NCBI GenBank assembly: GCA_021298595.1
Contig: JAJTHL010000004.1
Location: 10,070-74,069 of the forward strand
DNA length: 64,000 nt
Direction: 5' to 3'
Source of the DNA: Alphaproteobacteria bacterium
Lineage (GTDB): Bacteria > Pseudomonadota > Alphaproteobacteria > Caedimonadales > UBA1908
The translations under genes were made by a program, and so were the position numbers. Each line of letters opens with the position of its first letter. Within the stretch, counting starts at the first letter, position 1. This document shows, piece by piece, positions 18,975 through 28,606 of this stretch. A model generated the notes under the pieces. The model had not been told where the DNA came from. It made no database searches and saw only the letters and a program-made list of their open reading frames with translations.

Positions 18975-19634
18975 ATGGACTTTTCATTATTGGACACCCT
19001 CATCCCCGCCTTGACCTTCATTGGTCAAGGCGTTTTGATGACCCTCACTCTACTGCTGGGTGGTCTTTTCCTCGGCCTTGTGCTCGCCGTTATCTGGTCG
19101 ATTATGCGTTACCGGAATATGGGCACGCCCGTCATCAAGGGGCTGGTCTCCTTTTTAAGGGGAACACCCTTGATCCTTCAGCTGAGCTTTGTTTACTTTG
19201 CGGCCCCCACCCTTGTGGGCATTAAACTTGATATCCTGGGCGCTGGCATCCTAACCTTTGGCCTAAACAGCGGTGCGTATCTTTCAGAGATCTTGCGTTC
19301 TGGCCTTGAAAGCCTTCCCAAGGGTCAGTTTGAAGCAGCCAAGACCTTGCAAATTCCGCCCTATCCTCTGTGGAAGGACATTATTCTACCCCAAGTGATT
19401 CGGGCAATTTTACCGTCCCTTACCAACGAGGCCATTGCCCTTCTCAAAGAAACGGCCCTCATTTCCACCATTGGCGGGATGGATATTATGAGACGCGCTC
19501 AGGCGGTGGCGGCCGAGAAATTCACATACTTTATGCCCCTGTGTCTTGCGGCCGTGTATTACTACGGTCTTGTCCTTCTTATTGAATACATTGGCAAACA
19601 AATCGAGAAAAGAGGTACCTATGCTGCGGCTTGA
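18975..19634 (+). CDS. Amino-acid ABC permease
   Basis: RGTPL, AYLSEILR.G, GQFEAA and LLKETAL motifs. Confidence 0.92.
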   Translation: MDFSLLDTLIPALTFIGQGVLMTLTLLLGGLFLGLVLAVIWSIMRYRNMGTPVIKGLVSFLRGTPLILQLSFVYFAAPTLVGIKLDILGAGILTFGLNSGAYLSEILRSGLESLPKGQFEAAKTLQIPPYPLWKDIILPQVIRAILPSLTNEAIALLKETALISTIGGMDIMRRAQAVAAEKFTYFMPLCLAAVYYYGLVLLIEYIGKQIEKRGTYAAA

Positions 19635-20274
19635 AAAAGGATCTAAGGTTTTTGGCGCGACCAGTGTGTTAAAGGACATTGATTTGACCATTACCCCTGG
19701 AATGATTGTGGGACTCGCGGGGCCGTCCGGTGGGGGTAAGTCAACCCTTCTTCGCGCCCTTCAAGGACTTGAGACGCTCACTTCTGGGACGCTTCATGCG
19801 GAAGGAAAACGGGGATTCATGTTCCAAGATTTCCAACTCTTTCCCCATATGACGGTACTTGAAAATCTGACCTACGCCCCTTTGATTCATGGAAAAGAAA
19901 GCGTGATTCAGGAAGCTACAGCTCTCCTAGCCAGTCTTGGGATTGCCCATAAGAGTGCAAGTTATCCCCACGAGCTTTCGGGGGGACAAAAGCAGCGTGT
20001 GGCCCTAGCCAGAAGTCTTATGATGCACCCTGATTACCTCATGTGTGATGAACCGACCTCTGGTCTTGATGTGGCAACGATTGAAGACGTCGTCAGCCTT
20101 CTTCAATCCGTTAAAGACCGGGGCGTCACCATGATCATTGCGTCCCATGATTTGGATTTTCTAACAAAAATCGCCGACAGGATTGTGCTTTTAAAAGAGG
20201 GACACATAGCCTTGGATGTCGATCCAAAAGCCCTTGATAACCCCATCCACACCCTCAAAAACTACTACACCTAA
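19621..20274 (+). CDS. Amino-acid ABC ATPase (GlnQ/ArtP-like)
   Basis: GPSGGGKST, LSGGQKQR and DEPTS motifs. Confidence 0.92.
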   Translation: MLRLEKGSKVFGATSVLKDIDLTITPGMIVGLAGPSGGGKSTLLRALQGLETLTSGTLHAEGKRGFMFQDFQLFPHMTVLENLTYAPLIHGKESVIQEATALLASLGIAHKSASYPHELSGGQKQRVALARSLMMHPDYLMCDEPTSGLDVATIEDVVSLLQSVKDRGVTMIIASHDLDFLTKIADRIVLLKEGHIALDVDPKALDNPIHTLKNYYT

Positions 20275-20463
20275 CCTTTGATAAGGGAAAAGAATCACTG
20301 CGTTCTTTTCCCTTAATTCTTTTGAAACGGACCCCTTTAAGTCACGCCCTGTGTCCGCTAACTGTCTCAAGAGCACCTTTTTGCCAGCGAATCCCATTGC
20401 TTTCTAACAAAAAGACTGGCTTTATCTAAAATTATTTTTGACACAACCCCACTGTGAGCCGCC

Positions 20464-21609
20464 ATGTCCCACCACTTCCGCATTTTTTTTATCTTTCTTT
20501 GTGCCTTTACTTATCTGTCTTCTGCGGTCGCCACAGAGGACAATCTCTCAATCCCAGCCACCCACAACCAGGCCCTTCAGCTCATGGGGATGGATACTTT
20601 GCACGCACGCGGCATCACAGGAAAAGGCACCTTAATTGCCCTGATTGACCAAGAAATCAATCCCACCTGGCTTAAACCTCTTATGGACAAAGGCGCGATT
20701 CATGACGCCGCACTTCTTCCCGAAAACCCTTATATGCTCACCCTTCAAGATCTCGCATATACCGATGACCACTATGATCGTTATTTGCGCCAAGAGGGCG
20801 TTTCCATGTCTCTTCTAACCAACCACACGGCACGAAGCCGGCGTCTTTACGCAGACGCCTTAAACGGTAAAAACGCCTATAACAAAGGCACCGGCATTAT
20901 AGAGGCGGTACACCTTGCAGCCCCGGACGCCGTTCTTTTTCCTGTAGATATTAGGCTTTATGTTCAAAGCACACGAGAGCAAAATTTTTCTCCTCTGTTC
21001 GAAATGATCCTTAGGTTACAATCTCCCGTTGTGCTGTTCTCAGACACCTCAATCCTCATGCGTGAAGAGTGTCGAAGGTATGCCTCACGTCTAACAAACC
21101 AAGGCACCTTACTCCTCTTGCCGTCGGGGAACGGTGCGTGCAATCCTGCCATGACTCGCCCTCTTACTTTGAAAGGTGCTTTGGGATACACGCCCACCCA
21201 ATCCGAACAGGCGTTGTTGTTTCAAGAGCTGCTACCCAAACATATCGGTTTTTGTGGCTCTGTCAGCATGCCAAAGCCATCAAAGGCGCCTCAACTTTCT
21301 TACTTCACTCAGGTTCCTCCCACATCCATGGCACCCTATTTTCTCGTAGCTCCTGGGGAAGAGCTTGAATTCCATACCATGAATAGCGCTGATCATTTGG
21401 CGGAGGACACGCGGCTGTCAGCAGCCTTTGTCGCGGGTGCCCTTGCGCTGCTGCGCGATCACTGCCATGAAAAGGGATGTCATCATTTCACAACTGATAT
21501 GCTCTTTAACTTTCTCCATCAGTACGGTACGGCCGTCTCAACGCCCTTAGAAGGAAACCCTGAGTACCAGCTCATCAACGTCATGAATGTGTGCGAGAAG
21601 CTAGGTTGA
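20464..21609 (+). CDS. Secreted subtilisin-like (S8-fold) protein with substituted catalytic residues
   Basis: Signal peptide; GITGKGTLIALID, PSGNG, LVAPG and AAFVAGALAL match the S8 scaffold. Confidence 0.65.
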   Translation: MSHHFRIFFIFLCAFTYLSSAVATEDNLSIPATHNQALQLMGMDTLHARGITGKGTLIALIDQEINPTWLKPLMDKGAIHDAALLPENPYMLTLQDLAYTDDHYDRYLRQEGVSMSLLTNHTARSRRLYADALNGKNAYNKGTGIIEAVHLAAPDAVLFPVDIRLYVQSTREQNFSPLFEMILRLQSPVVLFSDTSILMREECRRYASRLTNQGTLLLLPSGNGACNPAMTRPLTLKGALGYTPTQSEQALLFQELLPKHIGFCGSVSMPKPSKAPQLSYFTQVPPTSMAPYFLVAPGEELEFHTMNSADHLAEDTRLSAAFVAGALALLRDHCHEKGCHHFTTDMLFNFLHQYGTAVSTPLEGNPEYQLINVMNVCEKLG

Positions 21610-21666
21610 GCCCATCCTGTTTCAAACCTGTACAGTTGGCCCTTTTCTTGCAATGGCATTCTTTGT

Positions 21667-22086
21667 ATGCTGGAGGCGTTAAGAAAACAGATGAACGTGA
21701 TGAACAGAACATTTTGGGTATGGGGACTAGTGATGCTGGCGCTTCAAGGGTGTGTCGATGACCGGTGGCACTCGGCCGATTATTTGGCCAGCCGCGGCTG
21801 GGCAAGCGCCCCAGAAAAGACAGGCGAGCCTATTTCACCTGTCGCGAAATACCCCACCTCCAAAAATCTGTATTGTTATAAGAGTTTGGGCCAGGTGGAT
21901 TGCTTCAAAGCCCCCCAAAAGGGAAAAGATCATCTCCGCGTGGGTCAAGAAGCGCCCGCCCTGCCAAAGGAAGAGGTCACGCCGTGTGACGGACCTTCTA
22001 CCCCTAAAAAAGCCTCTACACCCGATGAGTCCCCCCTTCCCCTAGAACTTTACGAGCCGATCCATGTCACAAGAACCCCTGCGTAA
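21667..22086 (+). CDS. Hypothetical lipoprotein
   Basis: Lipobox LQGC; LYCYKSLGQVDCF Cys pair; Pro-rich tail. Start uncertain. Confidence 0.65.
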   Translation: MLEALRKQMNVMNRTFWVWGLVMLALQGCVDDRWHSADYLASRGWASAPEKTGEPISPVAKYPTSKNLYCYKSLGQVDCFKAPQKGKDHLRVGQEAPALPKEEVTPCDGPSTPKKASTPDESPLPLELYEPIHVTRTPA

Positions 22087-22351
22087 CGCGCTCAAAGCCG
22101 TGTTATTTAGAGCAAAATACCGCTCGTCTCAAGAGGCCGACTATATCCTTGGGGGCTTTGCCCGGGAGAAAGCGCCGAAGCTTAGCGAGAACGCCCTTGA
22201 ACAGTTTGCGTTTTTGCTCACCCACGATGATCCCGAGATTTTTGCGTGGCTTGATGCGCCCGAAACAGCGCCCCCACCTCTTACCCCGTCTCTTTTAAGA
22301 GAAATTTACGAATACGCCACCACTTTGACACCCACATGGTCAAAAACCTAG
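22064..22351 (+). CDS. sdhE: Succinate dehydrogenase assembly factor 2 (SdhE/Sdh5 family), divergent
   Basis: LFRAKYRSSQEADYILGGFA...LL..DDPEIFAW pattern, 95 aa. Confidence 0.7.
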   Translation: MSQEPLRNALKAVLFRAKYRSSQEADYILGGFAREKAPKLSENALEQFAFLLTHDDPEIFAWLDAPETAPPPLTPSLLREIYEYATTLTPTWSKT

Positions 22352-23493
22352 CCCTCTACACAGCCCTCAGTCTTATGAAGAGCCGCTTTTTCAAAGGGCT
22401 TTTGGGAATGATTCTTTTTCTTTGCGCCGTTTCCTTCTTCTTTGGATCAACCCTGTTATTGGAAGGAGAGGAAGCCAGCCAACATTTCTACGACTTTATC
22501 CTCATCCCCTGTTTATTTTTCACCTTAGGTCAAAGCGTCATCTCCCTTTTATTCCGAATGCGTGACACACAGGAGGAGGACTTTTTTGTGGGGCATGGCC
22601 TTCTGCCATTTTCCTATGGGGTGGGAATCTTTGCAGGATATGCATCGATCCTGTTTCTTTTGTGCGCTGTGGTTTTCCTTCCCCACCTCATGCTTTTCAA
22701 CGCGCCTATGCTCACCGCCCTTCAAGGGGGAGCATCCCTTTTCCTCCAGGCAGTCGGTGTCCTCTGGCTTGCCGTTCTTTTAGGGTTTTCCAGCAGATAC
22801 CAGGCGCAAGGAACGTTATGCCTGGGTCTTGTATTGATGATGAGTTTTCTTAAACAAGGTCTTTTAACCACAGGTACAAGCGCGTGGATCACCTCTTCAA
22901 AGTGGCAGGAAAGCTTTTGGAGTGTGCTGCAAAAACTCAGTCTTTTACTCCCCCCTTTTACTCTTGACCTTTTGGCCTTCTCTTGGAAAGACGCCTTACA
23001 GACAGGCGCACTCTTGGGCGCTTTTACCCTTTTGACCTTTACACGGTCTTGGTACAAAGTAGGCGTTTTTAGTCTGACAGCTTTTTGGGTCGTCAGCGCT
23101 CCTTTTACCCCTCCAGCAGAGCGGCGTCCGAGGCAAAGCATCCCCTATGACCCGCCCAGTCTCATCCAGCGCGAGTTTTTAAAAGGACTAAATTCCTCAT
23201 TTTTTGGATACGTGGCACTTTTATACTTGCACCACGCAGGCGACATGGGGAACGCAAGGTTACCCTTACGCCTCTACTCCTACGAAAAAGTCATTGGCTG
23301 GCTTCAAACAGCGGACAGTCTTGTTCCTTCATCTGACCTCCCCCCGTTTTTAGGAACCTTCTATTTTGGCATGACGCCTGACCCTGAACAACGAGCCCTT
23401 CTTGTTTCTTATTTGACCCACTATACAAAAAATCACCCTCACAAGTCTTGGTGGCTCACGTTTGCCACACGCCTTGAACAACAAGCGCGCTAA
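22336..23493 (+). CDS. Multi-pass membrane protein with soluble C-terminal domain
   Basis: About 6-7 hydrophobic segments followed by a helical soluble region; overlaps the sdhE stop. Confidence 0.6.
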   Translation: MVKNLALYTALSLMKSRFFKGLLGMILFLCAVSFFFGSTLLLEGEEASQHFYDFILIPCLFFTLGQSVISLLFRMRDTQEEDFFVGHGLLPFSYGVGIFAGYASILFLLCAVVFLPHLMLFNAPMLTALQGGASLFLQAVGVLWLAVLLGFSSRYQAQGTLCLGLVLMMSFLKQGLLTTGTSAWITSSKWQESFWSVLQKLSLLLPPFTLDLLAFSWKDALQTGALLGAFTLLTFTRSWYKVGVFSLTAFWVVSAPFTPPAERRPRQSIPYDPPSLIQREFLKGLNSSFFGYVALLYLHHAGDMGNARLPLRLYSYEKVIGWLQTADSLVPSSDLPPFLGTFYFGMTPDPEQRALLVSYLTHYTKNHPHKSWWLTFATRLEQQAR

Positions 23494-23596
23494 AGTCCGA
23501 GGACGATGCCAATCAGTGCATTCGCGAAATACCTGTGGTACCAAATGACTCTTTTTGGTATGACTAGAGCACCATAAAAAACAAGAGACTAGCGCC

Positions 23597-25294
23597 ATGT
23601 CCTATCTTTTTTTACTTCTTTTTTTAACGTTTCCCGCGTTAGCCACCACGGACCAAGCTTTTGAAACACACAGGCAAGCGGATGAAGAGCTTGCACAAAA
23701 TGATCTAGCCCTTAATGTTCTTTACCAAGAGGTTTTGCTTTTGGTGTCATCCAATGACCGGGAAGACTTCAAAAAAACTCAGCGTCAGTGGTTAAAAGAT
23801 AGAAGAAGCTTAAGTGCCCTTGACACCATCAAAGAGCACTACCGAAAGCGCCTTTATCAACTGCAAGGACTTAAAGCAGAAAAGGAAGCCGCCTACACAG
23901 CGTCCTTCTTTACCCCAGAAGCCACCCTCAACAAAGAGCTCGTGTTGAATGATCTCAAAAAGTGCCCCACATTTTCATGCCGTCTTTACGAACTTATTAT
24001 ACAATCTCTTGAAATCCCTCAAAATGACCGTCACTCTTTTTTAGGGCGTGCTGCCAATACGCTCTATGAAAATGAGCAAAAAACCAGCACCTCGCTTTCA
24101 AAAATTACTTGGCCCTTTTCCAACGGTGCCAATATGGAAGACATTCTTTTTATGGCTCAGCATGGCTTTTTTATGGAGGGAGAGCGTCATGCTTTGGCTC
24201 TTGTGGCGCCTTTGTGGCTTGTCATTCAAGCGCCTGACCTGATGAATTATGACACTGGCGCATGTTACCGACCGTACGGCTTAGAAATTCTTACAAAGGC
24301 CAGCATGGGCACCCTTCCCCATTACGAGGCCTTTAACCGCGCCGTTGACGATCTATTTGTGGGACAGTGGCTTAGCGGAACCCTTTATCGCACGTTTTAT
24401 TCAGGTCTGGCACGCGCCCGTGATTTTATCTCCTTCGCGCCGACAAATCTTGACGCGACCAAGCATGCGCCGTCCCTAGAAGACGACGCCCTTCATCATC
24501 CCGAGCTTTTGAAATGGTCCTATCTCGGGCCCTGGAACCGCAAGAAGTATCAAGCCCTTGAAAAAGTTTTTCCTCTCATGGTGTCTGATCTGCGGGCGTT
24601 TTATAAGTCACTACCACCGCTTGCCGTCTTTTCTGCCCACGCAACGCAATATTTAAATGGTTATGTTTACGCAAACTTTGAATCCACGGTTCCCCTTGCC
24701 AGCGATAAAGCGTACGCGCTGTTTGTGATGGACCCCGAGAAAGATCTGGACCGACTTCTTGCGCGCGCCAAGAATTTTGATCAAACGGATTGGAACGCCG
24801 CGCTTTCGTACGGACTTCTTTCAGGACGTCCTGTTCAAGACCTCAAACGTCTTGTGGAAAAGGGGGCGAAAGTCGACGCCGCCATCGATGGGGAAACGCC
24901 GCTTATGAAGGCTGCGGACAGGGCTGATGTTCTTTTATTTCTTCTCAGCCAAAAGGCACCAGTGGACGCCCACAACGACTTTGGCAAAACCGCCCTTTTC
25001 TACGCCGTCCAGTTCAACAATTTAGACAGCGTCAAAGCCCTTGTGGAGGCAGGCGCCAACATAAACACACCCCTGCGCCTCATGAATGTAGAGCCTTACT
25101 ACGAGTTTCAGTTTGTCCTAGGGTTCACACCCCTTGCCTATAGCATGCGCTACGGCTCTCTTGAGATGACAGCGTATCTTGTGGAAAAGGGGGCCACCCT
25201 TACTGTGATTGATAGGGAAAAACTAGAAGAGTGGGTGACAAACGGCGGAGATACCACGCGCTTTAAAACTCACCTAGAGCTGATTAAAAAGTAG
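23597..25294 (+). CDS. Secreted LprI/DUF1311-domain protein with ankyrin repeats
   Basis: Signal peptide; D.ALN.LYQ...QRQWLKDR LprI-like helices; GETPLMKAA, GKTALFYAV and GFTPLAYS ankyrin repeats. Confidence 0.8.
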   Translation: MSYLFLLLFLTFPALATTDQAFETHRQADEELAQNDLALNVLYQEVLLLVSSNDREDFKKTQRQWLKDRRSLSALDTIKEHYRKRLYQLQGLKAEKEAAYTASFFTPEATLNKELVLNDLKKCPTFSCRLYELIIQSLEIPQNDRHSFLGRAANTLYENEQKTSTSLSKITWPFSNGANMEDILFMAQHGFFMEGERHALALVAPLWLVIQAPDLMNYDTGACYRPYGLEILTKASMGTLPHYEAFNRAVDDLFVGQWLSGTLYRTFYSGLARARDFISFAPTNLDATKHAPSLEDDALHHPELLKWSYLGPWNRKKYQALEKVFPLMVSDLRAFYKSLPPLAVFSAHATQYLNGYVYANFESTVPLASDKAYALFVMDPEKDLDRLLARAKNFDQTDWNAALSYGLLSGRPVQDLKRLVEKGAKVDAAIDGETPLMKAADRADVLLFLLSQKAPVDAHNDFGKTALFYAVQFNNLDSVKALVEAGANINTPLRLMNVEPYYEFQFVLGFTPLAYSMRYGSLEMTAYLVEKGATLTVIDREKLEEWVTNGGDTTRFKTHLELIKK

Positions 25295-25359
25295 AGTTGA
25301 CCGCAGAAAAAAGGGCAAGAATTCATTTTCTCCCCTTTTTCTTTTTACCTTACAGAAGC

Positions 25360-26412
25360 TCAAGCCGCTTGGGTATCAAGTCGCTTGTCACGCCCTTGGC
25401 CAATCAAGTGGTAATCAAGGGTACGCCGAAGGGCCTCTTCGATGTCCACATGCGGCTCCCACCCCAGATACTTCTTGGCGTTTTTGATGGACGGAACCCG
25501 AAACCCAAGATCTTGGTAGCCCGCCCCGTAGTGCGTGTTAGCGTCCACCTTGATGATCTTTACGGTGTTGGCGATTTCCTTGTACTGCGGATAGGTTTTC
25601 ACAAGGTCAACAAGTTTATGAGCCAGCTCTTCAATGGAAAGATCATTTTTGGGGTTACCGACGTTGAAAATACGCCTGCTGGCAAGGCCGTCTTTGTTTT
25701 CAATAATTCGCATTAACGCCTCAATACCGTCATCAATGTACGTAAACGAGCGGCGCTGCTTGCCTCCATCCACAAGACGAATTTCTCGATGATACAGAAT
25801 GTTGCTGATGAATTGGGTCACAACGCGGGAGCTTCCTTCTTTTTCAGCGTTCAAACGGTCAAGCTTAGGACCCAACCAGTTAAAGGGGCGGAAAAGTGTA
25901 TAATCAAGCCCCTCCTCGCCGTAAGCATAAATCACGCGGTCAATCATTTGCTTGGCGCAGGAATAAATCCAGCGTTGTTTGTGAATGGGACCCAGCACAA
26001 GAGACGTTGATTCTTCATCAAACTCTTCTTCTTGGCTCATGCCGTAAACTTCGGAAGTCGACGGGAATATAACGCGCTTTTGAAAGCGCACACATTGACG
26101 CACGATCTCAAGGTTTGCTTCAAAATCAAGTTCGAAGACCTTAAGAGGTGTCTTCACATAAAGCGCAGGATTAGCAATGGCCACAAGGGGCAGCACAACA
26201 TCACACTTTTTCACATGATAGGCAACCCACTCTTTGTTGATGGTGATGTCGCCTTCCACAAAGCGAAAGCGCTCGTGACCGAGGCAAGAGGCAAGATTGT
26301 CCTGGGACATATCCATCCCATACACTTCCCACTTTGTATCCTTCAAAATACGCTCGGTCAGGCTGTTACCGATAAAGCCGTTAACACCTAAAATCAGAAT
26401 CTTAAGAGACAT
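25360..26412 (-). CDS. arnA: UDP-glucuronic acid oxidase/decarboxylase (ArnA C-terminal domain only)
   Basis: LILGVNGFIG, PLVAIA.P, FPSTSEVYG, RWIY and RPFNW.GP motifs; 350 aa with no formyltransferase domain. Confidence 0.92.
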   Translation of the reverse strand: MSLKILILGVNGFIGNSLTERILKDTKWEVYGMDMSQDNLASCLGHERFRFVEGDITINKEWVAYHVKKCDVVLPLVAIANPALYVKTPLKVFELDFEANLEIVRQCVRFQKRVIFPSTSEVYGMSQEEEFDEESTSLVLGPIHKQRWIYSCAKQMIDRVIYAYGEEGLDYTLFRPFNWLGPKLDRLNAEKEGSSRVVTQFISNILYHREIRLVDGGKQRRSFTYIDDGIEALMRIIENKDGLASRRIFNVGNPKNDLSIEELAHKLVDLVKTYPQYKEIANTVKIIKVDANTHYGAGYQDLGFRVPSIKNAKKYLGWEPHVDIEEALRRTLDYHLIGQGRDKRLDTQAA

Positions 26413-27406
26413 GCTGTTGCTCCTTCAAAGGGGATGAGGCGGCCATTACTTCCTCTTGAGAGAGTTCCACCACCTGTCGAATAAGAAAACGCGGCCTGTG
26501 GCGCACCACTTCGTAAATGCGACCAACATACTCACCCACGATCCCGATTCCTGTAATCGCCACACTGATAAGAAAGAATGAGATAGCAAAGAGCGTAAAG
26601 AGACCTTCCGCCTCTGGCCCAAAAATAAAACGACGAAAGAGCAAGTACGCCACAAGGCAACCGCTTAAGGCCGAGACAATAAAGCCAAACAAGGTAAACA
26701 CTTGAAGAGGCGCCATGGAAAAGCCTGTAAACAGGTCAAAGGTCACCCGCACAAGCTTATACACATCGTACTTTGAGTCCCCTTGAAGGCGCGCTTGGTG
26801 CTCGACCCCAATTTCGGTGGGGTTAGCCGCAAACTTATACCCAAGGGCTGTCACAAAAGTTGATGACTCGTCGCACTGGGTAATCAGGTCCACTACACGC
26901 CGGCTGTAGGCCCGAAACATGCATCCTTGGTCTTTGATGTGAATATCTGTCACAGCGCCACGGATTTTGTTCATAATCAAGGACGGTAGGCTTCGCAAGA
27001 TAAAGGAATCGTCGCGCTCTTTGCGGTAGCTTCCCACATAATCATAGCCCTTTTCATATTCAGCAAGGAGCTTTGGAATTTCCTCGGGCGGGTTTTGCAT
27101 ATCCGCGTCCATATTGACGATAATTTCACCCCGCACGCGCTCGAACGCGGCCATAATGGCCATATGCTGGCCAAAGTTACCATTGAAGTGAATAACCCGA
27201 ATCTGCTGGGGACGTCTTTTATGAAAGGCGTCCAGAATTTCTGCCGACTTATCCTTACTGCCATCATTGGTAAAAATAATTTCGTATGGTTTACCTATAC
27301 CGTCACACACGGCTGTCAGGCGCGTGTAAAGATCCTCAAGGCACGCCTCTTCGTTATAAACAGGCACCACAACAGATAAGTAGACACTTTGTTTTTCTAG
27401 CAGCAT
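26402..27406 (-). CDS. arnC: Undecaprenyl-phosphate aminoarabinose transferase (GT2)
   Basis: PVYNEE, NDGS.D, NFGQHMAI and DADMQNPPEEI motifs; two C-terminal TM segments. Confidence 0.88.
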   Translation of the reverse strand: MLLEKQSVYLSVVVPVYNEEACLEDLYTRLTAVCDGIGKPYEIIFTNDGSKDKSAEILDAFHKRRPQQIRVIHFNGNFGQHMAIMAAFERVRGEIIVNMDADMQNPPEEIPKLLAEYEKGYDYVGSYRKERDDSFILRSLPSLIMNKIRGAVTDIHIKDQGCMFRAYSRRVVDLITQCDESSTFVTALGYKFAANPTEIGVEHQARLQGDSKYDVYKLVRVTFDLFTGFSMAPLQVFTLFGFIVSALSGCLVAYLLFRRFIFGPEAEGLFTLFAISFFLISVAITGIGIVGEYVGRIYEVVRHRPRFLIRQVVELSQEEVMAASSPLKEQQHVS

Positions 27407-27409
27407 GTG

Positions 27410-28606
27410 TTAACGAGCCTCATCAAAAATTGTGCGCATATCCCTAATGACGCGGTCCTGTTGTGCATGGGTCAAGCTGGTATAAAGAGGCAAGCTCATG
27501 ATGGTCGCCCCCACTTTTTCTGCGTGGGGAAAATCACCTTCTTTGAACCCGTAGGTTTCCCGGTAAAAAGAAAACAAATGAGCCGGCGAATAATGCACCC
27601 CAAGCCCCACATTCTTTTCTTTCATTTTGGCAACGAAAGCGTCCCTTGTAAGAAACGTCTTTTCAAGGTTTAAAAGGGGTGTATAAATATGCCACGCGTG
27701 CAGGTGCGGGTATGAGGGCGCTGTGGGCAGAATGAGCTCGTCCCACCCCCGAAACGCCTCGTTATACCGTGCTACAAGTCCGTGACGATAAGCCGTAAAA
27801 CGATCAAGTTTGTCAATTTGATGAAGCCCCACAGCCGCTTGAAGATCCGACATATTGGCCTTAAAGCCAGCGACGACCACATCTATGGTATGACTTCCTT
27901 CTTTGCTATACCTATTCCAGGCGTCCCGGTCGATGCCGTAAAAGCGTAAGTGAGCCACTTTTTTTGCGATTTCGGGGTCGCGCGTCACAACACACCCACC
28001 CTCAGCTGTTGTCATATTTTTGCAGGGATGAAAGCTAAATACTTGGATATCACCAAATTCCCCAATACGTTTTTGATCGTACTCAGCCCCCACCGCGTGG
28101 GCAGCATCCTCGATTACACGAAGCCCTTTTTCTTTGGCAAAGGCATAGAGCGGGGCACAGTCTACAGGAAGGCCCGCAAAGTGCACCGGCATAATGGCCT
28201 TGGTGCGGGGTGTCAGGGCTTTTTCTAAAAGCCGCATATCCATGTTAAACGTCTGGGGGTCTATATCCACAAGAACAGGTGTAGCCCCCGAGTGGACAAT
28301 GGTATTCAAGGTCGCAACAAACGTCATGGGCGTCGTGATCACCTCATCTCCTACCCCTACTCCCACTGCTTTCAACGCAATATGAAGACCAGATGTTGCA
28401 GAATTGACCACATGTGCGTACGGCGCTCTGAGATAGGTGCGCAACTTCTCTTCAAAGGCCTGGACACGGGGCCCCGTAGCAATCCATCCTGATTGAAGGC
28501 AGGCAACAACTTCTGCGATTTCTTCTGGCCCAATATCTGGCTTAGCAAAGGGAATAAAAACGCTTGAATCGTCTGAAACACCTGAAAGTTTAGCTGCGTG
28601 TGACAA
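27410..28606 (-). CDS. arnB: DegT-family UDP-4-keto-pentose aminotransferase
   Basis: SGWIATGP, IEDAAHA and FSFHP.KNMTTAEGG motifs. Confidence 0.88.
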   Translation of the reverse strand: MSHAAKLSGVSDDSSVFIPFAKPDIGPEEIAEVVACLQSGWIATGPRVQAFEEKLRTYLRAPYAHVVNSATSGLHIALKAVGVGVGDEVITTPMTFVATLNTIVHSGATPVLVDIDPQTFNMDMRLLEKALTPRTKAIMPVHFAGLPVDCAPLYAFAKEKGLRVIEDAAHAVGAEYDQKRIGEFGDIQVFSFHPCKNMTTAEGGCVVTRDPEIAKKVAHLRFYGIDRDAWNRYSKEGSHTIDVVVAGFKANMSDLQAAVGLHQIDKLDRFTAYRHGLVARYNEAFRGWDELILPTAPSYPHLHAWHIYTPLLNLEKTFLTRDAFVAKMKEKNVGLGVHYSPAHLFSFYRETYGFKEGDFPHAEKVGATIMSLPLYTSLTHAQQDRVIRDMRTIFDEAR

